A DNA stretch of 64,000 nucleotides from contig OX597822.1 in NCBI GenBank assembly GCA_951406725.2, forward strand, positions 61,876,001-61,940,000, read 5' to 3'. Position 1 is the stretch's first letter; each line of letters begins with the position of its first letter. The notes below the pieces were generated by a model. It was given only the letters and a program-made list of their open reading frames with translations. It did not search any database and was not told the DNA's origin. This document shows, piece by piece, positions 26,896 through 40,621 of this stretch. Source of the stretch: Octopus vulgaris. Its lineage: Eukaryota. The position numbers and the translations under genes are program-made.

Positions 26896-29800
26896 TTTGG
26901 AAGCGTAATACGTCCAATAAAGATGTGCTCTCAACATCACTGTTGTTAATCAAATTAGTTATCAATTAATTACCTATTGTGTCTGGCGAATGGTACTGAC
27001 AAACTAATCAATATTTAATTAACTAACTAATTAAATAACAATAAATATGTGCCAATATGAGTTATTAGCAGTATTATCCGTCTACAATTATCTTTCTATC
27101 TCTTTCACCACATCATTACACATCTCGAATCTTGTGAGATGAAATATACAAGTGATCTGTCAGTTGAAGTTAGAGGAACAAAATTAACTAAAAATAAGAA
27201 AATAAGACAAAAATATCGAGAAACATTGAGAAAAGAAGAAACAAAAGCAAGAAAAGAAAAGTCTGGAGCAAGTTTTGAGAGACTCAAAGTCAGAAATAAG
27301 CGATTAGCGACCGAACCCGCAACTAATTCATCTAAGCAGCAGTAGGTGCGACGTCCTAACAAGAATCGATCTAATGCTAATCGATCGGTGGGCACATAAT
27401 TTGTCTGAGTAGCAACAGATGTGACATAGTAACGTGTAAGTGAAACGTCTTTTAGTGAAACACACTAACAGGAAACAATGTGATTCACACCGACATGAAA
27501 ATCGCACTGCCAATCATTGTATTCAGAATCGCTCAATTCAAATTACAATCAAGCCGCATCGAAATGCTCGACAAAATCTGGGACGTATGAATATTATTTG
27601 CAATCAGTGCAATGCACTATCATGGCTTGAAAAGTGGTCGTATGAGCCACCACAAAATCTATTTTATACATTTGAGAAGGGCATGTTAAATTACCCCCAG
27701 TAGCTAACCCACTGGAGTAAGATGGAAACGTTCTGTGGTTTTGGTTTTCAAATTGAAAAAGGTTTTAAGAGTGGCTGTGTGGTAAGTAGCTTGCTTACGA
27801 ACCACAGGGTTCCGGTTCATTCCCACTGCGTGGCACCTTGGGCAAGTATCTTCTACTATAGCCTCGGGCCGACCATAGCCTTGTGAGTGGATTTGGTAGA
27901 CGGAAACTGAAAGAAGCCCGTTGTATATATGTATATATGTATGTGTGTGTATATGTTTGTGTGTCTGTGTTTGTCCCCCCCCCTACACGATGCACACGTA
28001 CACACAAGCTATGTCCGGAAACATAGCTACCAAAAAAATGGAAGTGATTTTCCATCTGTCAGCCTTCGATATGATAAATTCCGCTGAAGTGGACTTTTAT
28101 TTTCATCACTTCCGAGGTCGACAAAATGAGAACCAGTTAAGTACCGAGCTCGCGGTAATCGACTAGATCTCTCCCACTAAAATTTCATACTTTCTGCCTA
28201 AAGTGAAATTTTGTACGGGAAAGAAAATATTAATCTTAGTGGTGTTAACTACAGATCTGAAATCTCAGTTTGGATATTGCAACGAGATTTTGATTAGCGT
28301 TTATCTTTTATCCCCGGGGTCTTGATAAAGTTGTAAGCACATTTCAAAGTTTCTCTTTAAAAAAAACTGATGACTGCATGCAAAAGACGTTGAAAAGTGA
28401 TAATATTCTTTCTAGACATATCATATTCTGTCTTAGAACAGTCACTAAATATATTTTTACAGAATTACTACCAATACAACTCACATAAATCCTTTCATAC
28501 TGAGTGCATAAAAATTTTACTTATTAAATAGTAAAACTCAACAACGTTGTACTTCGTTTTCGTTTATGAGATTCAGAGGGTCTCGTGATATTTTTTGGTG
28601 GTTCGCCGTCGTTCGACGATGAAGATTCACTCGTGTTTAACTGAATTACCTTCTCTTGAGTTAACGTGTGAGTAAGCATTCCTTCGATGCGTGTTTCGTA
28701 ATGTAATTATAATGTAGAATCATCGTGACAGAATGTGCAATAAAGTCGTGCATTTGAATTAAAGGAACAACACACTCAACGCACTTCTGTATAGTTTCAA
28801 TGTATCCAGTTTCACTTACAAGCTACAATAGATAATGGCATCTGCCGCAATCAGATGGAACATGGGAATTTTTGTCATTCTCGTCACCTATCAAGATCTG
28901 CAGGGAAGTAGTCAAAGTGTAAGCAAAAAAAAAATTACAGCCATCCTGCAACCCATTCTTTTACATGCATTCAGTAATCTCTAAGAATCTCACAGTAGAT
29001 CCCAAAGAAGCTCACAATAGATCAGCTCTAAGGTTCCCTAGAAAGCTTTTAGTAACCTCTACAAAAGATGTCCAACCTAGAAACTGAGTTTTGCATAAGA
29101 ATGCCAGACAAGGTAGCTTATTGTATTTGTTATGAGTTCAAATTCCGCCTGGGTGTCCGAAAAGAAACCCTCACCAACCTAGCGTAGAGAATAAGGTAAA
29201 GAAATGTCAGCACCAAGTAAATTGGTGCCAGGCAATATCGTGAGAAGGGTTCCTCCAGGTGGAGAGTCATATCTTTTGGTAAATGAATCCATGCACACAC
29301 ATTAGACCAGGTTAGCCTTATTTGATTTATGACAAGAACATTCTGATCGTGACCATTCTGTCATTCTCTTTTTTTGTTGATGCAGTGGGCTACTTTATCG
29401 AGTGTGCTCCCCATTTTTATAGCGATGAATAATATACATAATAAGACTCGACTGCTATTTCTAACATGTCATGTGACGACGGATATTATTCTACGTTGGC
29501 CTGAGACCTTTGAGCGTCAAGTAGAGTGTTACCTGAAAAAGATTTGGTAGTTACTTCTTGTTATCCGAACGACCATGTAGAGGCTTCTTAGGTAGCTCCT
29601 AGTAAAACTAAACGATAATGAATATCACAAACGTGTTTCAAGTAATAGCAATGAAAACTGCCAAAAGAATAACCAAACAAACGACTTCAAATTACTAGAA
29701 ATACCAGCGGTCAAGTCACATTCAACCGCCTTCTTAAAACAAAAAGGAAAAGAGAAAGGTCACATATAGGGCAGTTTTGTCCCTGGTTTACAAAAATAGG

Positions 29801-30860
29801 GAATGGTCATAGAGAAAACATCTTTGATTTATTCATCAGTCAGGGCTAACCCAGAACTAAACAACAACAATGTCGATTTCTAATATTGCTGCTACTGTAA
29901 GACGGCGAGCTGGCAGAAACGCTAGCACGCCGGGCGAAATGGGTAGTGGCATTTCGTCTGCCGTTACGTTCTGAGTTCAAATTCCGCCGAGGTCGACTTT
30001 GCCTTTCATCCTTTCGAGGTCGATAAATTAAGTACCAGTTACGCACTGGGGTCGATGTAATCGACTTAATACCTTTGTCTGTCCTTGTTTTGTCTCCTCT
30101 ATGTTTAGCCCCTTGTGGGTAATAGAGAAATAGTTATTTCGTCTGCCGTTACGTTCTGAGTTCAAATTCCGCTGAGGTTGACTTTGCCTTTCATCCTTTC
30201 GGGGTCGATCAAATAAGTACCAGTTACGCACTGGGGTCGATATAATTGACTTAATCCGTTTGTCTGTCCTTGTTTGTCCCCTCTATGCTTACCCCTTGTG
30301 GGCAATAAAGAAACAAGAAACGTTAGCACACCGGGCGAAATGCTTAGCGGTATTTCATGTCTTTACGTTCTGAGTTCAAATTCGACTTTACCTTTCTCTT
30401 TTCGGGGTCGATAAATTAAGTACCAGTTGCGTACTGAGGTCGATCTAATTGATTGGCCCCCTCCCCCAAAGTTTCGTGCCTTGTGCCTGGAGTAGAAAAG
30501 AATATTGCTACTACTACTGCTGCAACCTAATGGAAACATGGACTTCATGGGTGCCATTTGTACTATTTGACTTTGCCGGCTCGCTGTCATAATCTAATAT
30601 AGTCGTGTGGATGATCAATCTTTGAAGGATTTGCATAAAATATTCAAGTTTCTGTATCTCATGATAGATTTAACCCTTATTGGTTATGTTCTCAATGAAC
30701 AAATTTGTAATTAATTTTGCCTGAAAGAATGGCAGCATGTTGATTACAACGTTGTTCAGCATTTTACACAGAATAACCTGTCGTTCTTCTTACCGCAATT
30801 CTTATCGGTTCATGCAGAAGTTGCAGCCATTTTGATTACTTGATATATATGTGTGTGTCA

Positions 30861-30937
<77 letters not shown>

Positions 30938-30965
30938 CATTTATATATATATATAGGTGTGTGAG

Positions 30966-31007
<42 letters not shown>

Positions 31008-31038
31008 TATCTCAACATCTCAACACGCATATATATAT

Positions 31039-31082
<44 letters not shown>

Positions 31083-31177
31083 ACATACACATATATTTTA
31101 CTTTCTCGTGTATATTTATATACAGAAGCAGACATATGTGTTCGTATGTGTGTGTGTGTATGTGCGTGTGTGTGTAC

Positions 31178-31236
<59 letters not shown>

Positions 31237-31934
31237 ATGTGTTTATTAACAATCAGCAGAATTAGAGTGATTCAAGGGTCAAATGTCTCGTGCGTTAGTA
31301 CTTATCAAAAGGGCAAGTTTCACGAGTGGCAACACTCGAAACTAACTGGAGCTACTCTATAAGTTCTGTTAATTATTAATAAAAACTGCATATATACTCC
31401 TGCCTGCAGTTCTTTCCTCCTGTTTACAAGTACCAAACTCGTGCGTGTGTGTGTGTGTGGGGGGGGGTACGTGCGTGCGTGTTTTGTGTGTATGTATATA
31501 TGCATATTTATATACATTTTATATATGTACATACATATACCCATGTGTATCTTTAAAATAAGTACGTATGATAATATTAAGGCAATTGCTTGTAACATTT
31601 CTCGATGACGGAGCAAAAACACATTTGCAACAACAGCAGAGGTAACAACAAGAATGTCAGCAACTGCAAAACATCGTCATCATAAAAAAAAGGTGGAATC
31701 TTTTACTTGTTTCAGTCATTTGACTGCGGCCATACTGGAGCACCGCCTTTAGTCGAGCAAATCGATCCCAGGTCGTATTCTGTGTAAGCCTAGTACTTAT
31801 TCTATCGGTATCTTTTGCCGAACTGCTAAATAACGGGGCGTAAACACACCATCATCGGTTGTCAAGCGATATTGGGGGGACAAACACAGACACACAAACA
31901 CACACAAACACACACACACATACACACACATACA

Positions 31935-32039
<105 letters not shown>

Positions 32040-32874
32040 GTACGACGGGCTTTCAGTTTCTGTGTACCAAATTTATTCACAAAGCTATGGTCGGCCCGAG
32101 GCTATAGTAGAAGACGCTTTCCCAAAGTGCCACGCAGTGGGGCTGAACCCAGAACCATGTGGTTCGTAAGCAAGCTACTTACCACACAGCAACTCCTGCG
32201 CCTATATTAATATAACTTCAATAACTTCGCCAAACTTAAAGGTAATAGTATTGAAACTCACCTGTCTTGAAAATAATCTTAAGATTACATCCTTGACAAA
32301 AGTGATTTGGTTGCATTTTAAATTTCGTTCGTCCAATGAATTAAATTTGCCTTTTATTCGCACACATCAAAAGACACTCTCATGTTTTTTTTTTATTCAC
32401 ACCTTATATTATCAATATCATATATTTAATGTATGTATGCTGGTAAGCATTTGTAGCTGCAGTATTGCGTCTGGTAAGAGATCCTTATAAAGACGTATAG
32501 TTTTAAAAACAGTATATTTCAAGGACAGGCGAAATGACTACGCCCAGGAAGTGAACAAGAACGACAGATATCGATATTTTCCAGTTTTTTTCAGTTCATC
32601 AATGCTGTATGCTCGTCCCAATTCGAAAAGAAATCGCATCGCCGCCAGCTTGAAGTATATACATTTAGAGTAAAATCTATGTGCTGATGTGCAATTCCGT
32701 CACGCACGTAGAAGTAAATTCAAATTTTGAGTAAGAAATATCGATATTTGTCATTCTTGTTCACTCCTGGGATGATTTTGCTTTGAAACATACAGTTTTT
32801 TTAACACGAAACGATTTTAATGGATCTCTCTCAGACGTAATACCGCAGTTACAGGTGTTTAACAACACACTCTA

Positions 32875-32964
<90 letters not shown>

Positions 32965-33175
32965 TAGATAGATAGATTAGATAAATAGGTCAAATATGAG
33001 AAAAAGATCTCAATCAGTCGGTATATATATATAAATATTTATTTTTAATCACCAGAAAATTACAAAAAAGACTCAGGAGCCTAGACTTTTGTGCATTGCA
33101 CTAAACTCTGAGCCCCTGAATTTGTTTTGTGATTTTCCATCGATTAAAAAATTTGTGTATGCATGTATGCATTTA

Positions 33176-33250
<75 letters not shown>

Positions 33251-33585
33251 ATATATATATATATATTTAATGAAATGGATAAATGAATTATCTTGTTAAG
33301 GATTATTCAAAATTTAACCGATACCTGGGTAGCAAAAAATCACAACAGAAAAAACACGGTTGAAGTTACGACCTTGGGGTGTCGCAACAGTGCCTTAGCG
33401 CGGATAATTGAAGTTTGATCTGGATTTTCCTGAAGATAATGCTGCAAAATGGTCTCCTTATTCAATCCGAATTTGGAAATTTGCGGCCTTTGAAACATGT
33501 AGAAATTAATAAAGGAATTCTGTAGCATCTTCGTTCAGCTCCATTTCTTCCCTTCACTAAATATATATATATATATAAATATATA

Positions 33586-33656
<71 letters not shown>

Positions 33657-34742
33657 TGTGAATTCTTTCCAGGAAATAATGCCTCGGTTCTTTCGGCCTC
33701 CTCCAGTTGCACCGGAACAAATAGTTAGTGGTGTTAGATTGCCTAGTGTTCTGCTGTTAGTTTGACGCTATCTAGCGACCATAATTTCGTTCAGTAGTGT
33801 TGGCGACTGAGAACAAATATTCACCATAAGGCCTTTTTTCCTTCTGAGAAACTGATAATCTACCAAGTCAGTCTCCTGCACATTGTTGCCATCTTAGTAA
33901 TATGCACACGGAATGCTGCATTATTACACATATGCATTTCCAGGTCACACATCCATCGTAACTCCAGAATTTCAGCACATCCTGGTTCTGTGTATTCCGA
34001 TAGCAATCTGTTGTGGGCCGATTGCTGAGCGCTTAAAATTTCTCAGCGTTGAATGCTGAAAAATATTGTGCGGAAGCTGAGGCTGAAAGGATTGAGAATA
34101 AACACTATCTACTCGGGTAAAAGCCTTATCAACGCTTTGAAGTTCGCTTGCGGAGTGAAGTGAGTATGGGAAGCGAAATACACACCCCAAGCAAACTTAA
34201 AAGGTGAGTGACTGTGGAAAAACGGTTTGGGTGAATGGATCTACTCCATGTGTGTCTATAGATTGGAGAACCCTGTTCGTGTGGGTTCTTTGATTTATTA
34301 TTTCATGCTGGAGATTATCCTGCACCAGGAAGACTGCATTATTCATGTGTTCACAAATGAGAATAATTTTTTTATTATAAACTGTCCCTGTAGTGCCCCG
34401 CTCATCTGATTCCCTTGTGGCAAATAAAACAAAACATTACTATTTATCGCCACATCTATATAGCTGTTCCGTTTTTAACCCCAGAAAGAGCCTCCTCCAG
34501 CTGGTTATCGATGCAATCTGCAACCGATATATATTGCAAGCAGGGGAGCGAACCCCTACCATCTTCTAGCAGACGACAGGATCACCAGACCGTACGGTTT
34601 CTCATTAGCTATTTTACTTGTTGCAAGATCAGTGACTGATTGGCGCTTAGTTTTCTATATACTCCGATGGTGAGTGCAGAGGGAAAAGTATTTTTTTAAG
34701 TGAACTAAGTTTTTTTTTTTTATACCACCTTCCACTTAACGC

Positions 34743-35051
34743 ATGCGCATCTCAAACCAGTTTCTCGTTCGCCTGTTATATGTAATCACTGTCAATAAAT
34801 CACAAGGGCAGACATTTGATAAAGTGAGGCTGTTCTTGCCTGAACGTGTATTCGGCCAAAGTCTGATATATGTTGCATTCTCAAGGCTCGCAAATCATCT
34901 GATATATGAGTTAAAGTTGTCAACACTGGCAAACAAGGGAAGGAAGTGGAAAAACTTACATGAAGAACATAGTTTGCAAAGAAGCATTGGATTGAAAGGT
35001 GTAGGCAAATTGAAATGTGTATTGGCTCTGACCCATCGCCTTGGCTTATAA
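34743..35051 (+). pseudogene. Helitron PIF1-like helicase C-terminal fragment
   Basis: QFLVRLLYVITVNKSQGQTFDKVRLFLPERVFGQSLIYVAFSR matches helicase motifs V-VI (QFPxRLAxAxTINKSQGQT..VFxHGQLYVAxSR). Confidence 0.85.
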
Positions 35052-35949
35052 GTTACCAACGGTGTGGTTTCCAGAGTATGCCATGTTGTACTAAATTTTT
35101 ACCCCGTTAAATTGTGACCCCTATATTTTACACATAGAATAATTTTTTACTATAAAATTTTAGTTTTCTAGTTATGAAATTGTGACCATGTAAATTTTAA
35201 AATGCAGTTTTTTCTATTTATAGAGAAAATGGAAAAATATGAGTGGATATTTATTTTATGAGTGCTGTGTATTAAATCTATAAAATTGTGTATAAAGTAT
35301 ATAAAGTATATGTATATAAAGTGCATTAAGTAATTATCGTGTTCTAATTTCCTTCACTTTTCAATAAAAAGCAAATGAGCAACAATCTTTTGATACAGAC
35401 ACAACATAGGCTAGTTAACTAATTAATTAATGGATTGCTCGATTAATAAGTTCGACCAATCAACCACCCAACTAGTTTGTTAAAACCCAATCGTCGTAAA
35501 TGAGTGAAATGATAAAAGAAAGAAAAAGCGCCAGATTTTTAAAAGAATATTGTAATTCTATTGCAATTTAACTAAATATGTTGCTTGGCAGTGCTAAGGT
35601 ATACAGTTAAACCGTAGCACTGCCAATCAAACTATGTTGGTAAATAATAACATGAAATAATAGAATTTAAGTAATAGAATTTTAATATTTTTCTGAAGAC
35701 CTGGCACTTCGACACTATTATGCAATCATTTACGTAACGATTTCCGCATAACATACTAGTATTCCCAAGTGAAACACATGTAAAGCTTAAGTATTTTACA
35801 ATATTATAATAAAAACTCTTTTGTTTTATTATGCTCTCAGATATATACTCTGCAATTTATTCAAATGCATATAATGCCAAACCGAAGTCAGACGATAGAG
35901 TGTAAGTATATAATATACATTAAATGTGTGCGTGTATATATATATATAT

Positions 35950-36287
35950 ATGCTGAGAACCCCTTCGGTCATGACTGACATGATATTGCACCTAGAAAGT
36001 TACCCTCCCAGACACAAGTCCGGGCAAGGTTATTTATGGAAGACCAGCAGTCGCCCATGCATACCGGACTCCCCTCTCCACACCACAAGTGTTATCCAAG
36101 GGAAAGGCAACGGCCAATACAGCTTGGCACCTGTCATGTCGCAACTCATTTCTACAGCTGAGTGAACTGGAGCAACGTGAAATAAAGTGTCTTGCCCAAG
36201 AACACAACACGCAGCCCGGTCCGGAATTCGAACTCACAACCCCACGATCGTAAGCTCGACGCTCTAACCACTGAGCCATGCGCCTTC
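35950..36287 (-). mobile_element. tRNA-derived SINE, family C
   Basis: Minus head ggcgcatggctcagtggttagagcgtcgagc...gagttcgaattcc (A and B boxes). Homologous to 46360-46605 and 56423-56665. Confidence 0.85.
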
Positions 36288-36606
36288 ACTTTATATAAGG
36301 GCCATAACATATGTGTTATTTGTTTAGAACTGACATATTTGCAGCGTGGTTACGAAGCTGCGTGTTTACTAACCGAGTTTCGTAATCACAGTAAAATCTG
36401 CGTTCATTGCATATTGCTTTGATTCGTTCATCTGTTTATGGCTATATATAAACTATGTTTCTTCACCAAAATACAGCGAGTTTTGCACTATGCTCTGCAT
36501 GCTATCAGAACACTTGTCACGTATATCATTCTCCAGCTTTTCATTGTGTCGCTCAGCAAATATATATTTCTAAATAGAAGACAAGGGCCAGAAATGATTT
36601 CGTTGT

Positions 36607-36681
36607 CTTCTTCTTCTTCTTCTTCTTCTTCTTCTTCTTCTTCTTCTTCTTCTTCTTCTTCTTCTTCTTCTTCTTCTTCTT
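36607..36681. repeat. (CTT)n microsatellite
   Basis: Perfect trinucleotide run. Confidence 0.95.
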
Positions 36682-36959
36682 TTAATCAGTACTCACGCCA
36701 TTAGCCACAAAGAATAATCTCAAATTCGAGCCTACTCTAATCTACTAAGAATGCGTGTGGCAACTTGAAGATCCACCTACCACACGCGATAGACTGGCGG
36801 TTGCACGGGCGCGAAAGCTACGTTGTTATTCTCATTCCGTAAACGGTGGTTTTTAACGGGTGGAAAGCTGAACCATCCTGGGGTACAGAGGTTTCGCAAT
36901 CTAGACTAGGATCTGAAAGTTTACCACACCATTGTGGGTTTCACCATGGTTCCTCTGCT

Positions 36960-37160
36960 TTGTGGCAGAAGTAGGAAGAAAGAGTGAGAGAAGGTTTTGG
37001 TGAAAGAGTGCAGCGGTGTTCACTACCCCTCCCCGCCGGAGCCTCATGGATCTTAGGTGTTTTTACTCAATAAATACTCACATTGCCCGGTCTGGAAATC
37101 GAAACCGCGCTCTTACGACCGCGAGTCCGCTGCTCTAGCCACTGGGCCATTGCGCCTCCA
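36960..37160 (-). mobile_element. tRNA-derived SINE, family D
   Basis: Minus head ggaggcgcaatggcccagtggctagagcagcggac...ggtttcgatttcc. Confidence 0.75.
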
Positions 37161-38024
37161 CTGTTGTTGATGTTGTTGTTGCTTACCTCTAGATCAATTC
37201 TGATCGAACATTACTCTGATCCCAGAATCAGTCTTTATTCGGATAAACCATCTCCATATCAAATGCTTCATTTGTACATATACGACAGTAGTATGTTATC
37301 AGTATTATACGTAACTGTTATATCTAGCAAGTCGGAAGACAGTGTAGAGGCTATCTCGTTGGCTCGAGAGTTTTGATAATCATGTGACTGCAGACATTGA
37401 CCCATTGTTCTTATCTTTATGCAAGACTGGATGGAAATGACCGATCAAGTAGTTGTTCATTGAGTATTGTCTTGATTCGTCCATCTATAAATCTCGAGGT
37501 TTTTAACGCTTATCTTGATTTAATCTGCTGTGAATCCCTTAAGACTTTTATATATTGTCTTGATTCAGTCATCTGTGAATCTCAAAGACTTCTATGTATT
37601 GTGTTGATTAGTCCTCTGTGAAACAAGATCATTTCGATGTTTGTAGCAAAAGCAAAAAAGGAAAAGAAACAAATGAAAACTAAGAATAAACTGATAATTC
37701 TATAGCTAAGAACCCGAAAGCATAAAAGTATATAAAGTGAATATTCTCACCTTACTTAAAAATAATTTCGGTGTTGTAATCCTAAAAGAGATGGATGCAG
37801 GTGTGGCTGCGTCTTTATGAAGGTCACTTTGCAGCCGCGCTGTTCCGGGTTTGATTCAACTAGCCAGTAACTTGGGAAAGTATTTCCTACTACTGAAGCA
37901 TTAAATCAACCAATGTCTTATGACTGGACTTTGAAAGGCGAAAGCTGTATAATTCCATTGTGTGTGCGTGCGTGTATGTATGTATGTATGTATGTATGTA
38001 TGTATGTATGTATGTATGTATGTA

Positions 38025-38320
38025 GAGACAGATGAGTGACAACCTGGCCACTGGTGGTGGTGTAACACACCATACTAATCATATCTGTCGGGCATGTGGA
38101 AGAGAGTGTAATTCGCCGGGAGGACTTAAACGACATGCAAAGGTACATGAAGCCCAGTTACAACTACAGCCGGCTATTACCAGTAAAGTTTTTAGTTGCC
38201 AATTTTGTACAAGACATTGTAGATCTTTAGCTGGGCTAACAAGTCACGTTCGATCACAGCACCAGTAACAGTTAAGCTTCGTGCAATGGCCATACTCGAT
38301 AACGAGGGGGCAGCCATAAT
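38025..38320 (+). mobile_element. 5'-truncated RTE-like LINE 3' end encoding two C2H2 zinc fingers, within (TATG)n
   Basis: ORF 38032-38268 CRACGREC..LKRHAKVH..CQFCTRHC..LTSHVRSQH. The 3' UTR has the stem-loop ctcg-ataa-cgag and an (ATGT)n tail. The same tail occurs at 40256-40325. Confidence 0.7.
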
Positions 38321-38357
38321 GTATGTATGTATGGATGGATGTATGTATGTATGACTG

Positions 38358-38540
38358 CGTGTGTATTGTTGGCGATTTTTTCCTCCGTCTTCCCTTCCTT
38401 GCATCTTTCCTTTTTCTATGTTTCTGACGAAGAGCTCCGCTTGAAACGTTAAATCCTCCTTCTTTCTTTCCTTTCCTGAACGCCCAATAACACTATACTT
38501 GTTCCACGTCCTCGCGTTGTGTTTTCTCTTTGTGTTTTAT
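38358..38540 (+). mobile_element. Pseudo-LTR-like insert with an ultra-minimal hammerhead motif (38421-38453)
   Basis: ttt-CUGACGA-a-gagc-tcc-gctt-GAAAC-GUUA-aa with palindromic AACGTT in place of stem III. Confidence 0.6.
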
Positions 38541-38683
38541 GTATGTATGTATGTATGTATGTATGTATGTATGTATGTATGTATGTAGGCATGCATGTAT
38601 GTATGTATGCATGTATGTATGCATGCATGTATGTATGTATGTATATATGTATGTATGTATATATGTATGTGTGTATATATGTA

Positions 38684-38733
<50 letters not shown>

Positions 38734-38765
38734 AGTTTTGGAGATGATGTACAGATATTATATAT

Positions 38766-39067
38766 TAGAAGAAATGAGGTAATCAGAAGATCGGATGGTT
38801 CATATTTATAGATATTTATTTATATATTACATTTTTTACATATATATATCATATCATTCAGATCATATCATTCAGATTATTATGCTTTCTCCCATTCTAG
38901 TGGGGTTTTCAAATCAAATTTGATTTGAAAACCCCACTAGCATGGGAGAAAGCGCTAATAATCTGAATGATATGATCTGAATGATATGATATATATATGT
39001 AAAAAATGTAATATATAAATAAATATCTATAAATATGAACCATCCGATCTTCTGATTACCTCATTTC

Positions 39068-39072
<5 letters not shown>
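38766..39072. repeat. Spacerless palindrome with about 150-bp arms (centre 38918/38919) between (TA)n tracts
   Basis: tagaagaaatgaggtaatcagaagatcggatgg...aaatcaaa|tttgattt...ccatccgatcttctgattacctcatttcttcta. Confidence 0.95.
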
Positions 39073-39138
<66 letters not shown>

Positions 39139-39186
39139 TGTATGTATGTATGTATGCATTTGTGTATGTATCTTCTATCCTTTATC

Positions 39187-39565
39187 TTTTACTTGTTTCA
39201 GTCATTAGACTGTGACCATGCTGGGGCACTGCCTCGAAGTTTTAGTCGAATGAATTGACCCCAGTACTTTTATTTTTTAAGCCTGGTACAAATTCTATCG
39301 TTCTCTTTTGTCGAACCACTAGCTTAAGGAGACGTAAATACACAAATACTAATTGTCAACCAGTGGTGTGGAACAACTCACGCGCACGCGCACCCCACCC
39401 CCTCCCACACACGCACACATACGATGGTATTAAGTTTCCGTCTGCCAAATCCACTTTGGTTCGCAGCTATAATAGAAGACTCTTGTCCAGTGTGACATGT
39501 AGTGGGACTGAACCTGGAACCATATGGCTGGGAAGCAAACTTCTTACCACACAACCATTCCTGCA
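39187..39565 (-). mobile_element. Diverged SINE, family B
   Basis: Homologous to 17512-18030. Confidence 0.75.
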
Positions 39566-39575
39566 CTTATGTATG

Positions 39576-39609
<34 letters not shown>

Positions 39610-39621
39610 TGTATGTATGTA

Positions 39622-39803
39622 TGAGGAGGAAAATCACCTCAAGAGCATGGACCTGAAGCGACAAGCCCGAAAAGAGAGGATCCCCAAACCTACTTCTGTT
39701 GTTACGTGCCCAACATGTGGCCGCGTCTGCGTGCCGCCTTTGGGTTACGCTCCCACCTCCGGCGTCACTGACGTCATTGTCGAACCCCGACAGACTTCCA
39801 TTA
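39622..39803 (+). mobile_element. 3' end of a second RTE-like LINE family, within (TATG)n
   Basis: KRQARKERIPKP..TCPTCGRVC then, after a frameshift, AFGLRSHLRRH*. Terminal stem-loop tgtcg-aaccc-cgaca and an (ATGT)n tail. Confidence 0.7.
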
Positions 39804-39827
39804 TGTATGTATGTATGTATGCATGCA

Positions 39828-40325
39828 TGATCGGGTCGTCGGCGACTAAACCGGCTAAACAAGCTTGCTTGGTGAGGAGGGTGTTTATTGGACACCCTGC
39901 GGGATGAAAAACAAAACCCGTCAAAGGGCGGAGGAACTCTTGAGAATCAACGGCCATCCAATAAATGTCTTAAGGCTGTATCATGCGCGGGGACATAGAA
40001 ATAATCGGACTGAATACCCGATCGTGCGATTAAACCATTGGGAGTGAAGGACTCCTAGCCTTTGTTAGGGCATCCTTCTAGGAGATGGTAACTCAGGTAA
40101 CTGGGATAACTCCGACATAAAACCTGCGGCTCAGTGGTTACTGACGATGTTGACTTGTTCTTCTTTTCGGATTATGGCTGCTGTTGCTTAGTGAGTGGGA
40201 TTGACTCAGTGCACAGCCTTTCCTCACTTTAAAAAAAAATCTTCTTGTACAGGCATTGCACGATAACAACATTGCTTAAGCTTCGTGCAACAGCCATACT
40301 CGATAACGAGGGGGCAACCACGATG
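39828..40325 (+). mobile_element. Putative bipartite non-autonomous RTE derivative (5'UTR-like part joined to the RTE 3' tail)
   Basis: Non-coding, GC-richer 420 bp with ctcctag...ggcatcc..ctaggagatggtaactc, then the same 3' tail as 38272-38320. (TATG)n on both sides. Confidence 0.55.
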
Positions 40326-40621
40326 TATGTATATATGTGTGTATGTATGTATGTATGTATGTATTATGCACGTGTTTGTATGTATGTACCTCCGTACAGT
40401 TCTCTATTACATGCCGGTCCGTTCTTGCACGGTTCCAGTAGTTAATAAGTTTATTAAGAAGAACCTGCTTAGCCTTCATTTAATTTCATTCCTCATTTTC
40501 TGAGAGAAGATTACTGGTTTAGAATGGTGCCCCTCGTCATTCCCCAACGTTGCATTTTTGCTCTTTTTATTCTGTTGCTAGTTCTATTTTATACTGTTGC
40601 TATCTTTATGACATTGTTACT

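Noticed and set aside
34743-35051. Host PIF1 helicase exon
   Set aside because: Conserved motifs are mutated, no other exons are seen, and other Helitron debris is nearby.
36205-36287. Functional tRNA genes at SINE heads (also about 37090-37160 and 56423-56495)
   Set aside because: They continue directly into SINE bodies and lack a proper acceptor stem and terminator.
38032-38268. Host C2H2 zinc-finger gene
   Set aside because: No TGEKP linkers. It ends in a retrotransposon-type tail repeated at 40256 and is flanked by (TATG)n.
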